Of a stretch of 64,000 bases of DNA, positions 1 through 12,652 are shown piece by piece (positions within the stretch are counted from its first letter, which is position 1; each line of letters begins with the position of its first letter). Source of the DNA: Octopus sinensis (lineage: Eukaryota). Location: contig NC_042997.1 in assembly GCF_006345805.1 (NCBI RefSeq), positions 1 to 64,000 of the forward strand, read 5' to 3'. The notes below the pieces were generated by a model. That model was not told where the DNA came from. It saw nothing but the letters and a program-made list of their open reading frames with translations, and made no database searches. Made by a program: the position numbers and the translations under genes.

Positions 1-505
1 CAACTCTGAGGAATAACTTCTTTGAGAAAGCACAGTTGATAACAAAATCAAATTGACAAAAGATACACCATTTTAGACACATGGCATGTTAGCCACACCA
101 AGGTATCCAACAGAAACAGTTCGTACGTGAACTAGGAATAAAGTGGCGAATAATGTGGTTTCGTATGTTTGGAATTTGAAATTAACAATTTACCTGTCGC
201 CGTTGATACCTGTATTATTCACCTTTATTTCGACGTCGTTATTACTGACATATTTCTTTAAGTTTCTAATCTGCCTTTACTTACTAATCGCATCAATAAA
301 GAAGAATTGAAAAATAAAATTATTATTTTTCTCCAAAGAATCTAATAATTCATTGGCAACTTGTCCAGAGCCGACGCCATTCGTTAGCACCAGTGGAGCT
401 GTGTTGGCACAGTGAATAACAAATGTACTTCCAACATATGTAATAAATAAAAGTTGGTTTTAGTGAATAGGCATAAAATTCTGTAAGATATTTTCGTTTT
501 TTATT

Positions 506-843
506 CCTTTACTTGTTTCAGTCATTTGACTGCGGCCAAACTGGGGTAACGCCTTATAGGGTTTTAGTCAAACAAACTTACCCTGTAGTTCTCTTTTGTT
601 GAACCGCTAAGTTACAGGGACATAAACACACTAGCATCGGTTGTCAAACGATGACAGGGGGACAAACACACATACGTACGCACACACATACACACACACA
701 TGTATACGACGGGCTTCTTTCAGTTTCCGTCTACCAAATCCACTCTCATGGATTTAGTCGGCCCGAGACTATAGTAGAAGATATTTACCCAAAGTGTCAC
801 GCAGTGCGACTGAACCTATAACCATGTGGTTAGGAAGCAAGCT
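506..843 (-). mobile_element. tRNA-derived SINE, family B (CORE-like segment, internal CA repeat), degenerate
   Basis: Reverse-complement match to the copy at 25063-25480 (cttgtttcagtcatttgactgcggcc ... gggcttctttcagtttccgtctaccaaatccactc). Confidence 0.85.
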
Positions 844-1410
844 TCTTAATTCGTGTCTTTTCCAAGAGCAGTGTAGTTAACTTCAGAGAAGAAGACAAAT
901 TAACCCATCGTCTTTAACCACCGAAACAGTACTGCTTCATGACATTATCTTATAATAGAAAATGTTTGCAGCAAAACATACTAATGAGAAATAAAGAGTT
1001 TTAAATTCATAATTTCTAATATATGTTGTGTAACTTACGTAATAAAAAATTCTAATATCAGAAACAGAAATCAGAATTGTGGCTGGCGGAATAAGTAGAC
1101 CGCCGGGACAAAATACTGTGTTATATTTGATATCTTTTACAGTCTAAATTAAAATCCAACCCAAGTCCAATCTGATTTAATATTTCTGTGAGTGGTAAAA
1201 ATAACTAGCATTCAAGTGCTAGTGTTTATCAAAGCGATTACACGCTTTCACTTTCAATATCTTATAGATTTGTATCAGAGGTACAAATCAATATAAGAAA
1301 GACAATTTTCTTCTTTTATCATCAATCTATAAGTGTTATAAGTATTAGATTTGTCTGTGCTCCAGGAGGAAATATATTTTAAAAATAGGAGTTTGTTAAA
1401 AGAAAATGTG

Positions 1411-1424
1411 TAATAATAATAATG

Positions 1425-1517
<93 letters not shown>

Positions 1518-1533
1518 GTAATAATGATAATAA
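1411..1533. repeat. (AAT)n microsatellite
   Basis: About 40 AAT units, with a few GAT/AGT variants. Confidence 0.98.
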
Positions 1534-3108
1534 TATTGGTTTCAAATTTAGGCACAAAGCCAGCAGTTTTAGGGGAGGGGTATGTCAATTTCATCGACCC
1601 TAGTATTTAACTGGTACATATTTTATCGTCTCCGAACCTCAGCGGAACTTGAACTCAGAACGTGAAGACGGACGTAATTCTTATTTCTTTACTACCCACA
1701 AGGGGCTAAACAGAGAGAGAACAAACAAGGACAGACAAACGGATTAAGTCGATTATATCGACCCCAGTGCGTAACTGGTACTTAATTTATCGACCCCGAA
1801 AGGACGAAAGGCAAAGTCGACCTCGGCTACGCATTTCGCCTGGCGTGCTAACGTTTCTGCCAGCTCGCCGCCTTTTTAATAACAATACTGATTTCATATC
1901 TTGGCACAAGGGGGAATACATCGACATCAGTGCTCAACTATTACATATTTTATCTACCCCAAAACGATGAAAGGCAATGACGACCACCTCGGTGGAATTG
2001 GAACTCAGGATGGATGAAATACCGCTAGGCATTAAGTCGATCGTGCTAACGATTCTGTAAGCTCACCTCCTTTTTTAAAATATGACATTCAAATTCTGGT
2101 ACAAGACTTGTAATTTTGGGGGGAATGGTTAAGTCGATTATATCGATCACAGTGTTCAAATGATACTTATTCCATCAATTCCGAAAAAATTAAAGGTAAA
2201 TTTGACTCCAGCTGTATTTGAACTCAGACTGTAGAGACGGAGCAAATGTCGCTAGGCATTAGTCCAGCGTGCTAAAGATCCTACCCGCTAGTATTTTTGC
2301 GAGGAGGGGTTATGTCGATTATACCAATCCCAGTGTTCTATTTGATATTTATCGTATCAAAATTCCGAAAATATGAGAAGCAAAGTTGACTCCGGCTTTG
2401 TTTGAACTCAGAATGTAAAGTCGGAAGAAATGTCACTAAGAAGTTTTCTCGCCACGAACGATTCTACCGGTTAGCCATCTTTGTAATAATAACAAAATTG
2501 GTTTCAAACTTTGACATAAGGCCAGTAAGTTCCGGGAATTGGCTTAGTCAATTAAATCGACCCCAGTGCTCATCTGGTGCGTATCGTGAGAATGAAAGGC
2601 AAAGTTGACCTCGGCGGATTTTGAACTCAGAACGTAAAGACGGATGAAATACCGTTAAATATTTTACCCAGTGTGTTCGCCACCTTATGTAATAATAATA
2701 ATAATAATATCGATTTCAAATTTTGGCACAAGGCCAGCAATTTTGGGGAGGAGATAGGTCGGTTACATCGACCCCAGTACTCAAATGGTATTTATTTTAT
2801 TGACTCCGGAAGGATGAAATGCAAAGTCGACCTCGGCGGAATTTGAACTCAGAACGTAAAAACGGATGAAATACCTATTTCTTTACCACCCACAGGGGGC
2901 TAAACACAGAGAGGACAAACAAGGACAGACAAACGGATTAAGTCGATTATATCGACTCCAGTGGGTAAATTATACTTATTTAATCGACCCCGAAAGGATG
3001 AAAGGCAAAGTTGACCTCGGTGGAATTTGAACTCAGAACGTAGCGACAGACGAAATATTGCTAAGCATTTCGCACGGCGTGCTAACGTTTCTGCCAGCTT
3101 GCCGCCTT
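1531..3108 (-). mobile_element. Co-oriented run of about 8 family A SINE copies
   Basis: Recurring core tcgaccccagt...aaaggcaaagtcgacctcggcggaatttgaactcagaacgt (reverse B-box) near 1640, 1810, 1990, 2210, 2390, 2610, 2830 and 3010, with variable divergence and two tail types. Confidence 0.9.
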
Positions 3109-4261
3109 ATGTAATAATATTGATAATATTAAGAGAAAACATCTGCGTAATATCAATCCAATTCGTTGAGTCAAGAACATCTACATGCAGTTAGCAGATC
3201 AAAGACGTATATTTCACTACACTCGAACAGCATATATGTCCTGTTGCACACTCATAAAAATTTACGAGTCAGTCTTAGTCTTGGGTTGATCTTCAGTCAT
3301 AATCTGGTGTTTAATTTCTTTACCTGTATATCATACAAGAGAGGTATCAAATAATAGACTCTCATAAGAAACTTTCATAACCTTCTGCTACTGTTATTTG
3401 AATGTTTGTATTGCATGATTTATATTACAAAAATGAAAAGTTATAAATTGAAAACATTGTATTTCTCATTAATATTTTTGTCACATTTCGTATTGCAAAG
3501 CACAATCATGCTCTCGAATGTTATTGAAAATATGCATGACTTCCTGACTAACTATCTCATACTTCAGAATCTGAAAAATACTTGATGTACTTCTGTAAAA
3601 TTTAGTGTTAGTTGTTATGATATCAAAAGATCAAAAGACATTAATATCTACTAGATTCTAATTAAACCATGAAACTCACGACCACCTAGTCAAGAAAGGA
3701 ATTGTCAAGTGGTTATAACATTGTGGACAATCGAGTTGTCACGGTGTAGCAACTTATTCAGAGGAAATGAATGAGCTACCCAACTGACAATACAATACCT
3801 AAATCCATTCTAAAGCACAGTCCAGTGTAGAGGTTAAGTCAAACTCCTCCATACATCTACTACGAGTATTTGAGAAACACAAGAACTGCATATATGACAT
3901 CCTACTAATTTGCAGAAAATGTTATAAATGAAAATCTAAGGTCTTAAACGTTAGAATCAAACTGATCCATTTTAGCCAATGTGGGAATCGTACAAAGGGA
4001 AGCAACTCTCCCTCTGTGTAAGGGATTTTTCCTCTATTTTCTTCTTTTTTTTTTACTATCAAAGTGACTAAGACTGTATATTTACTTCCATCAGTAAAAA
4101 AAAAACAACAAAACAAAAAAAAATTGGATGTACTTCCGGCCAGAATGTCTAATGAATAGTCTATTTTGTCAGAGTGCAACAGTTGACGGAAATCAATGGT
4201 GAGTTTTTGACCGGTTATTGCCATAACCAAATATATAACACTCGAATGCATAAAATTATAT

Positions 4262-4350
4262 GTACACACACACACACACACAACACACACACACACACAC
4301 ACATACACACACACACGCACACACACACACACACACCACGCACACACACA
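4262..4350. repeat. (CA)n microsatellite
   Basis: Direct reading. Confidence 0.95.
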
Positions 4351-4840
4351 CACATATTTATGTCTGTATATATATATGTGTGTGTGTATGCATATACATA
4401 CGAGCATCAGATATCCAATAAGTCCATATAAAAGTCTTCCAATCTTAAAGTTATAATCTATATAACAGAGAAACATATATATATATATATATATACATTG
4501 GAATTGTTGCTGCTGATGTAATTGCGACTGCAGTTTGCTCCACTGATATTATTGCAGTTATTGCTGATGTTACTTGTCATGGTTAATAAAGTTGCTATCA
4601 CTCTTTTCTGTTTTATTAAGAACATGCACATTGTTTGTTTCCATTGCTTTGATGTTAGACTTTCAAAGTGTAATTAGGTATGCCTCAGGTTTATAACCCC
4701 ACTATTAAAAAAAGATTCTCTTAGAGATTAAATTAAACAATGTTTAACAATTGTAAATTCTTCGTTTGATCGTTCGTCATATTTATACAAATAATGTATG
4801 TGTGTTTGTAGGCACACACACAGAGAGAAACATACATATA

Positions 4841-4899
4841 TAAATGCATGCATATATGCATGGGTATATATATTCATATATATATGGGCATATATATAT

Positions 4900-4956
<57 letters not shown>

Positions 4957-4957
4957 C
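4841..4957. repeat. (TA)n/(TACA)n microsatellite
   Basis: Direct reading. Confidence 0.95.
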
Positions 4958-6199
4958 ATTTGTATAATAGTGAGGTTATAAACTTTCCCTCACAATAAAC
5001 ATATACGCTTCAACGATAATACACACGTAGATACACACAGATACACACTGCGATATCCACATTGTTGAAGCGTATAAAGTTCATTGTGTTGTGAAGTTTT
5101 CTTTTTTTTCCAAAACTTTGTTTATAGATTGAGTTGCAAGATAACAACATTACTATCAACACAAAAGAATAATATTTTATCACAGTTTTGCTATGTTTTC
5201 GATTTCATGAAGTTAGTTATTTGAAGAACGTTTTAAATTTCGAGTATTAGTGGATATATTCTAACTTGTCTTTGACAAAGCAGTAGAAGACAACTTCCTT
5301 TTAACATTATTCTCAGTTTATATTTATGTCGATTATCAATGTATTATACTAAATGAAGACAGATATGCATCAATATTTAAGTTAACTGTTACAATTCTAC
5401 ATGTTTTCATGTGGAAGGCATTATGTAACAAAGTTAAGGTGGGGTTATGTGTTAAATGACATACACCTCCTTCAAGTTCTTAATTAGTTGGAGAAAAGAA
5501 ATTAAAACGTAGCGGTAAATGTTAGAGATTCTCCCAGAAATTAACGCACAGGAAAATTTGAGGAACATTTAAAGGAAAATTTGACTTTTGGCTGGGCTAA
5601 GTTCCTGACTGAGGTAACTTTCATGAAATATGGAACTGGTGCTTATATAGCTTATCAGGAACGAATACTGATGTTATCGAACGGCTCTGATTGAACCGAT
5701 TTTACCATTATGAGTTCCCCAAGGCAGCGACTACTGAAGCAATTCTTTGATGTTTCTATTTCACCACAGTTCTAAATGGAAAGACCAAACATCTTCGAAA
5801 GGAAAAGCCAACAACCCATTTTAAAGTTTTATTTTTATTCGCTATTTGTGAACGATTGTGTCATTGGCTACAAGTTTCCAACAGAACAGTCATTAGTTCA
5901 TTGCTCTTCTGATGGTAAGAGCAATAATGGACAGTTTGATGCAGGATATTTATTTCAAGGGATTTCGTTAGTAAAGTCCTGATTTGTAGATTTTCCTGCC
6001 GATGTATGCAACGGTAAACATTACTGAAAGATAAAAGATACAAGCAAACACACGCACGCACCCCCCCCCACACGCACCCACGCGCGCGTGCACACACGCA
6101 CACACGCACGCACACGTACGCATGCAAACCTAAATACAAACACAAATTAAGTAAATGGATCTCTGCCGGTTTCGCCGATGTATAATCGGTGGTTCTATT

Positions 6200-6425
6200 G
6201 ACTGAATTACCTACTCATAGAATAAGCATGTGGCTGGTTGAGTATTCCATGTATACATGCAAAAACAGGAAAGAGGAACAGCTTTCATCTATCTAGTTTT
6301 TCTTACAAGCCTTGGCTGGAGGCCAGGCTATGATAAAGGATATTTGTCCAAGAAACCACAAATAAGGTTGGAAACAAGTGCCACGCGATTACGAAGCATG
6401 CACCATAACCAGTAGACCATACTGC
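6200..6425 (-). mobile_element. Highly decayed family B SINE
   Basis: Residual similarity to family B (aagccttggctggaggccaggctatgataaaggatatttgtccaag vs aaagctttggtcggcccgaggctatagaagaagacacttgcccaag). Confidence 0.5.
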
Positions 6426-7084
6426 AAACTATATGACACAAACATATATGCAGATATGGTTCTGTATATAATTATGTATGAATACATACACGTACACATA
6501 TATATGTTTACGCACACAGACACTCCCAACAGTCACTCACACATACTTAAATAATTCCCTTTTAACAAATCTTCTTAATTTAAGTATTGGCAAACACGAG
6601 AAAGCACTAATCATAGAAAGCAGTAATCTCTGCAGGCATTTATACCTGCACCCTTACAAATGATAGAAACCAAACAAAATTGCTCTAAACCACTAGTATA
6701 CTACATTATATAGGATTACACAACAATTTGCAGTGTGTCTGAAACTATTCCACCAAAATATACCATAAATCTTTACAAGAACAGTAATAACCACGAAACA
6801 CTGTTCAAGAACGATAACTATCAAGAATCATAACGGTTGCAGAACCTATAATGATAGTATCTGCAGCAAACTAATACTAACACTACGTATTGCCAGTCGG
6901 AAGGACTAGACTCCTATAGAGGAAGTAACAAAGGAGCTTATATGGAAAGTTATCTTGATGAAAACATTTGATGGCGAGAAAATTCAAAAGCTAAAATATA
7001 TTAAAAATCTGGTAGAAACAGTAATAATATTAATTCATGACAAACGTATCTTTTCCATGGGCTAGTATATTTTCGGGTGAGTAC

Positions 7085-7126
7085 TCCGGATGCGTTTCGT
7101 CTTCCATTGTAGTCTCATCAGTCGAC
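7085..7126 (-). ncRNA. Degenerate PLE-type hammerhead ribozyme motif
   Basis: Minus strand reads CTGATGA gact-acaatgga-agac GAAA cgca TC. The core is present, but stem II has one mismatch and stem I pairs poorly. Confidence 0.4.
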
Positions 7127-7510
7127 ATATAGCTTCACTGTAACTTGTCAGACGATTCGCTGATAGTCACGAAGTAAAATTACTAAATTTATTTTTCGTT
7201 GACGTAGAGTCCGAGAAATAATGACAGATGAGATTTTTCTAACATGGAATATTAAAATATGAAAACAGATGTCATCCCGAAACCAGAATCTATGACTGCG
7301 CCGTTTTCAAGTGTTACATTATTACTCCTCACTACTTTAGTACAATTGGCTACATAATTAAATTGTTCTTAATCTTTGCTACGCAACACTGGAGTGTGAT
7401 AATATTTGAAAGCTGCTATATTTAGTCTACTATTACTCCTTAAACTAATTACAACATTAATTACAATGCCAAAGGGCAAGAAGATGAAGATCAATGAAAC
7501 GTCAGCATTA

Positions 7511-7518
7511 CACACACA

Positions 7519-7573
<55 letters not shown>

Positions 7574-7580
7574 CACACAC
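7511..7580. repeat. (CA)n microsatellite
   Basis: Direct reading. Confidence 0.95.
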
Positions 7581-8178
7581 AAGAGTTACGAAATGGAGTT
7601 GGAAAGATCCGGGATACATATGTTTCACAGCGGGCGGAACCTCAGAAATGTTAAAAATCCAAGCGAGGTGTATACTGCCGGTTACTCTTCAGGCCAGAGA
7701 TATCTTGATTAAACTAAAGGTTACATTGTCGCGTGGATGTACATGTTAACGGACGGAAGATTCAATCAGAATATGTGGAGAGCACAGTATTAGAGGAGTA
7801 TATATAAATGTAGAGAGAAATAAATATTAGAAGGTAAAAAAAGAAAGGAAGTAGGAATTTAAACAAGGTCACTTGACTTGTACTAAACAATGGAACTGTT
7901 TTGGCTGAATCACAGAATTTAGTATGTCTATTGGTATTTGAAGAAAAGGTAATTTGGAGGGAGAGGGTGGGGAAATATTTTTGGTCAAGGGGTAGGGGAA
8001 AGTGTGTAGGAATAAAGCAAGATAGAGTGAAGAATCAGCGTGAGACTGTACCTTTGAGTTGCCTTTGAATTGCAATTCAAAGGTACAAGACTGTATCTTT
8101 CAATCGTAAACGTAAATGAGTTTGTATGCATGCCTGTCTGCCTGTCTATCGGTAATTTTGTATGTATGTGTGCATGAA

Positions 8179-8654
8179 TGCTTAAAAGTTCCTGGTTTTA
8201 AGGGGGTCACGAAAGGCCTGGCTGGAGTTCCCACGTTCTAAGTTCTTTTACATGGCTTAGAAAAACCTAAGGACCGTTGCAATAAGTGCGTAAAGCAGTG
8301 AGGGGAATATGCCGAATAAAATCATGATTAAGGAGATGTACTTGCATAGCAAGTGATTTGATCTGAGATCGTGTGCTGAAACGAAACGAAAACAATTGCA
8401 GCGTGGAAGGTGTTTGTAAGCCATTTAAGAAACACACAAAAGCCGTTCGATTCACTTCAACATTTAAGTTTAATTTGTCAAAATATTTTCGTCGCTTTAA
8501 GACCGCGACCTGTTCACTGACAAAAATCCGTGCGAACGGCTTTTGTGTGTTTCTTAAATGGCTTACAAACACCTTCCACGCTGAAATCATGATTAACTTT
8601 TCTTCCTGTATTTTCTTTTGACCAAAGCCAAGCACTTTTCAGTACCCCCTCGTA
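8179..8654 (+). mobile_element. Mariner-derived MITE with a nested 252 bp insertion
   Basis: Right TIR reverse complement tacgagggggtactgaaaagtgcttggcttt; partial left TIR tgcttaaaagttcctggtttt; internal remnant GLEKxKDRCNKCVKQ*GEYAE* resembles a mariner transposase C-terminus. Confidence 0.6.
8399..8583. repeat. Perfect 51 bp inverted repeat with 83 bp spacer
   Basis: 8399-8449 cagcgtggaagg...aaaagccgttcg is the exact reverse complement of 8533-8583. Confidence 0.97.
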
Positions 8655-9087
8655 TGTATGCATAACACTGTTGCTAGTTTCTTCTCTAGGTAGATTGTTT
8701 GTCGAGTCCAATGACCATGTGAGTCTGGTTCTACAGATGGTCGTTGTAAGGACAAAGAGAATCTAGACTTAACACAGGTAACCACTCCAAGACTCAAAGG
8801 ATGAAAGAAGCAGATGCAGGTAAGAAAAATGGTTGACTTAAATAACGTTCAAATTGGTGAAAGAGGGTGACGCTAAACGGTCTGGCTACGACGATGGCGT
8901 CACTCGAGACTGCAACTGCGTTAGTGACACTCCTTTCAAATTTCATCAAGTGATATTACCTGTCTCACACAAAATGTGGTGCTGAGAATGTTGTGTGAAT
9001 CACACCTGTGTAAGTTCTGATTCCTCTTAACCAAATCAGTGCCATTGGCATTTCTTCCTACAGAAATTCTCGAACGTGAGCAACAGC

Positions 9088-9229
9088 TGATGAGGATGAT
9101 GATGATGATGATGAATATGTGTGCCTATGTGTATCATGCATGTATACATACATACATGCATACATATATACATACATACATACATACATACATACATACA
9201 TACATACATACATACATACATACATACAT
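9088..9229. repeat. (ATG)n followed by (TACA)n microsatellites
   Basis: Direct reading. Confidence 0.95.
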
Positions 9230-10680
9230 AAACACACAAACATATATTTAGATGTTTGTATTTATGAAGATATATATGTATGTACATACACACACACACA
9301 CATCCGCACACACATATGAAACATAAAAGTAGATTGTGTTTATGTGCTTCATATACTTTGTTGACGAACCATTAAGAGGAAGACATCATTTCCTTCCTCT
9401 AAGTATGATAAGAGTTCAAGTTTTTAGTACATGAGAAGAGTGAAAAATTTATCTACATCTCTTTAGACCGCCTCGGCGAAAATCTTTGTTAGATTTTCTA
9501 AAATACGTTTATTGTACTGAAATTTTAATTCCACAAACATATACATGGACTCACGTATACACACATGTATTAGTTATTGGAGTTATAATGAAATGTTACT
9601 TCAAATACAGTTATTGGTGTTATATTGAGATTTTACTTCTAATACAAATGTACTTTAGAATTATTTCATATGCTAAATTTTATCTTGTGTCCAGCATCTT
9701 GAAATATCTGTAAAACACTCAATAAAGACGCTCAAAAACCACTCTTTATGAGACTATTCTCTCTTCAATATACCTAATTTTATATTTGATATAATGATCG
9801 CTCCCGGCGATCCACATTCATATCAGCCAATAATGTATTTCAATGATTAATCTACTATTTCTAAATATTTCAGCTCCTAATAACTCCTAACAGTTGTTGA
9901 CGTTCTACAAACCTCAAATGAGACGGACAATACCATATACATTATTGTGTCTCCACCTGATATGGTACTGCTACTGCATACGCGAACTTATTGGACTGTA
10001 TCGAAAAGGAAACGACCCGACTTACCGGAAACGAGTCACCAATATATTTCGATTTCTTGCCATTAGACACAATGCTTTTCCTCTTTTTCTACCGAACTTC
10101 AGTGACTTCTGCACCATAGATCTAGCTATCTGTATAACATAAATCTTTTATGAGCACATTGACAAACACGTCCTTGTTCCCCATATTGTGTCCATCAAGG
10201 CTTTGAACTGACAACTATGCAAACTCGTTACCAAGCACATCAACCCTTGTGAAACGTTTTCCCATTATACTTCTTATTACTGTCGTGAGCTTTCAGATGT
10301 TAAAACTAAACACCAACCTCATCAATTTCAAAACCTTGGAGGACGTACAAAGCTTATAGGTGCAGAATCTTTTTCTTAGACTAAACATATTAAATTGTAA
10401 GTTGTTCAATATTAGTATATATCATGCAGTCGGTATTAAACAACGAATTAGAAATAATCATGCTCTGAGGAAAAGAAACGCTATCAAAATGGTTAATACT
10501 AATTTAATTATTTCTGCAGGAACGTAGGAAGACTGGTTATCTCCCTTTCTTATTAGAGCTTCTTAGCAAAGCATTGATGTTACCACACTAGACGAAATGA
10601 TAATGGGAAAATTAAATTCCAAAATAGAAGCGCAACATCGTGGACGAGTAAACTGGAAAAACATATTCAGAAAAACAAAG

Positions 10681-11249
10681 TATTGGGTCGTCCGGAAAGT
10701 TCGTGCCGAGTTTTAAAGGAAAGAAAATGGTCAATAAATACTTGCCATTACATTTTTAATCAACCAAATATGAACCTTTTTATTGCACAATGCATTTCCA
10801 TCTTTCCTTTAACTTGAAAATACCCTCTTCCCAGAATTGAGGTGGTTTCATGGCAAAGAATTCATCAAGATATCTTTTTAAGTCATCCAAGGAATTGAAA
10901 TTTTTACCATTAAGACTGTTCTGCAGAGACCTGAATATGTAGAAATCTGAAGGAGCAATATCTGGTGAATATAGAGGGTGGGGTAACACATCCCAGCCTA
11001 GCTGCAGCAATTTTTGTCTCGTTCCCAAAGCATCAAGTGTCGAAAATGAACTTTTTATCTTCCATTTTAAAGGGTTACAGAATTAACACAGGTTATAGGA
11101 ACATAAACCTTCTTCCACGAAAAGATAGCTTAAACCGTGATCTAAATGGAGGTGTAGTCAAATCCTATTTTATGGACTCAACCATGTTCTAAAATAAGTC
11201 GAAAGGTAAGCTACTATAAATCAGCACGGACTTTCCGGACAACCCAATA
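10681..11249 (-). mobile_element. Internally deleted mariner element (569 bp)
   Basis: 29 bp terminal inverted repeats including TA (tattgggtcgtccggaaagttcgtgccga / tcagcacggactttccggacaacccaata, 3 mismatches). The C-terminal ORF 10780-11028 reads GWDVLPHPLYSPDIAPSDFYIFRSLQ, matching the mariner YSPDLAP motif and third catalytic Asp. Confidence 0.93.
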
Positions 11250-12185
11250 GTTTGGTATAACTATTCATCGTCGCCATCCACTGTCATTTTATTTGACGCA
11301 GTGAACATTAAATACTTAATTAGAAATACTTGTGTTGGAGGAAAGAAGCGAACGTTTGTTCAATGTAATCATATCAGCTAGTATTATTTAATACCTCCTC
11401 AGTTGAATATAAATATCTCCGTACCGACATAACTGTTGTAATTCATAAGTACCGCGCCCTTGAGTAATTGATCTCACTGATGCTTTTTAATTAAATTTTT
11501 CGCACCTATTCATGTATGATGCTGTACATTCATTTTATGATTCTCTCATAATTAAAGCAAATATGTTAAAATGTATACTTTGATAAGGATGTTAATTAAA
11601 CCGAAGCATTTCCAGTTGCCTCCCGTATTTGCCGAAATGATTAAAAGTACAGATATTAGTCATTGTATTAACGTTATCTTTTCCTCACGACATATATATT
11701 CTACAGTACTTATATGAAACTAACTACATCTTTAGAATTAATAACAATAACTTACCTATTATTTTTTCTATGGATAGCCTCACTAATTAATTAACCGGAG
11801 TTTACTGGTTTAAACATGTATAAATGTAAGTACCTAAAAGCACGCATTAGAAGTTGGTCGGATTATTATTGCAACCTGAATAGATTATTGATAAAATATT
11901 TGAATGTTGTGTATTTCCTCTGACCGCTGCCGGAATAACAGTTAAATGGAGTCATTGACTAATTGGATCTTGCATATTATCTGTCACAGGGTTCTACTCG
12001 AATCTTTACTGACAAGCGAGTCTTTACGTTCTTTTTCTTTTAATTAGATAACTAGGGCAAATGTGTCTATCTGTGGAGTGGGCATCTGTGCGGATATGTC
12101 CATAGAGGAAGGACTCTGTAAGTGTTTTGTACTGGTAAGTAGTTGTTCAGGTTCAGATTAACCCTGATTGAATATCCTATACACT

Positions 12186-12399
12186 TTTACTCTTTTACTT
12201 GTTTCAGTCATTTGACTGCGGCCATGCTGGAGCACCGCCTTTAGTCGAGCAAATCGACCCCAGGACTTATTCTTTGTATGCCTGGTACTTATTCTATCGG
12301 TCTCTTTTGCCGAACTGCTAAGTTACGGTGACGTAAACACACCAGCATCGGTTGCCAAGCGATGTTGGGGGGACAAACATAGACACACAAACACAAACA

Positions 12400-12481
<82 letters not shown>

Positions 12482-12652
12482 TATATACGACGGGGTTCTT
12501 TCAGTTTCCGTCAACCAAATCCACTCACAAAGCTTTGGTCGGCCCGAGGCTATAGAAGAAGACACTTGCCCAAGGTGCCACGCAGTAGGACTGAACCCGG
12601 AACCATGTGGTTCGTAAGCAAGTTACTTACCACACAGCCACTCCTACGCCTA
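12186..12652 (-). mobile_element. Near full-length family B SINE with internal (CA)n
   Basis: Reverse complement of the 25063-25480 copy, from the tail (ttttactcttttacttgtttcagtc) to the head (cacagccactcctacgcctat). Confidence 0.92.

Noticed and set aside
5885-5914. EQSLVHCSSDG resembling papain or phosphatase motifs
   Set aside because: Key residues and spacing do not match either family, and there are no flanking motifs.
7590-7715. CTGAAGA...GAAAcatatg on the minus strand as a hammerhead
   Set aside because: No stem I or stem II pairing could be built.
9780-10370. Possible decayed RT fragment
   Set aside because: Only vague similarity; no diagnostic motif could be read.
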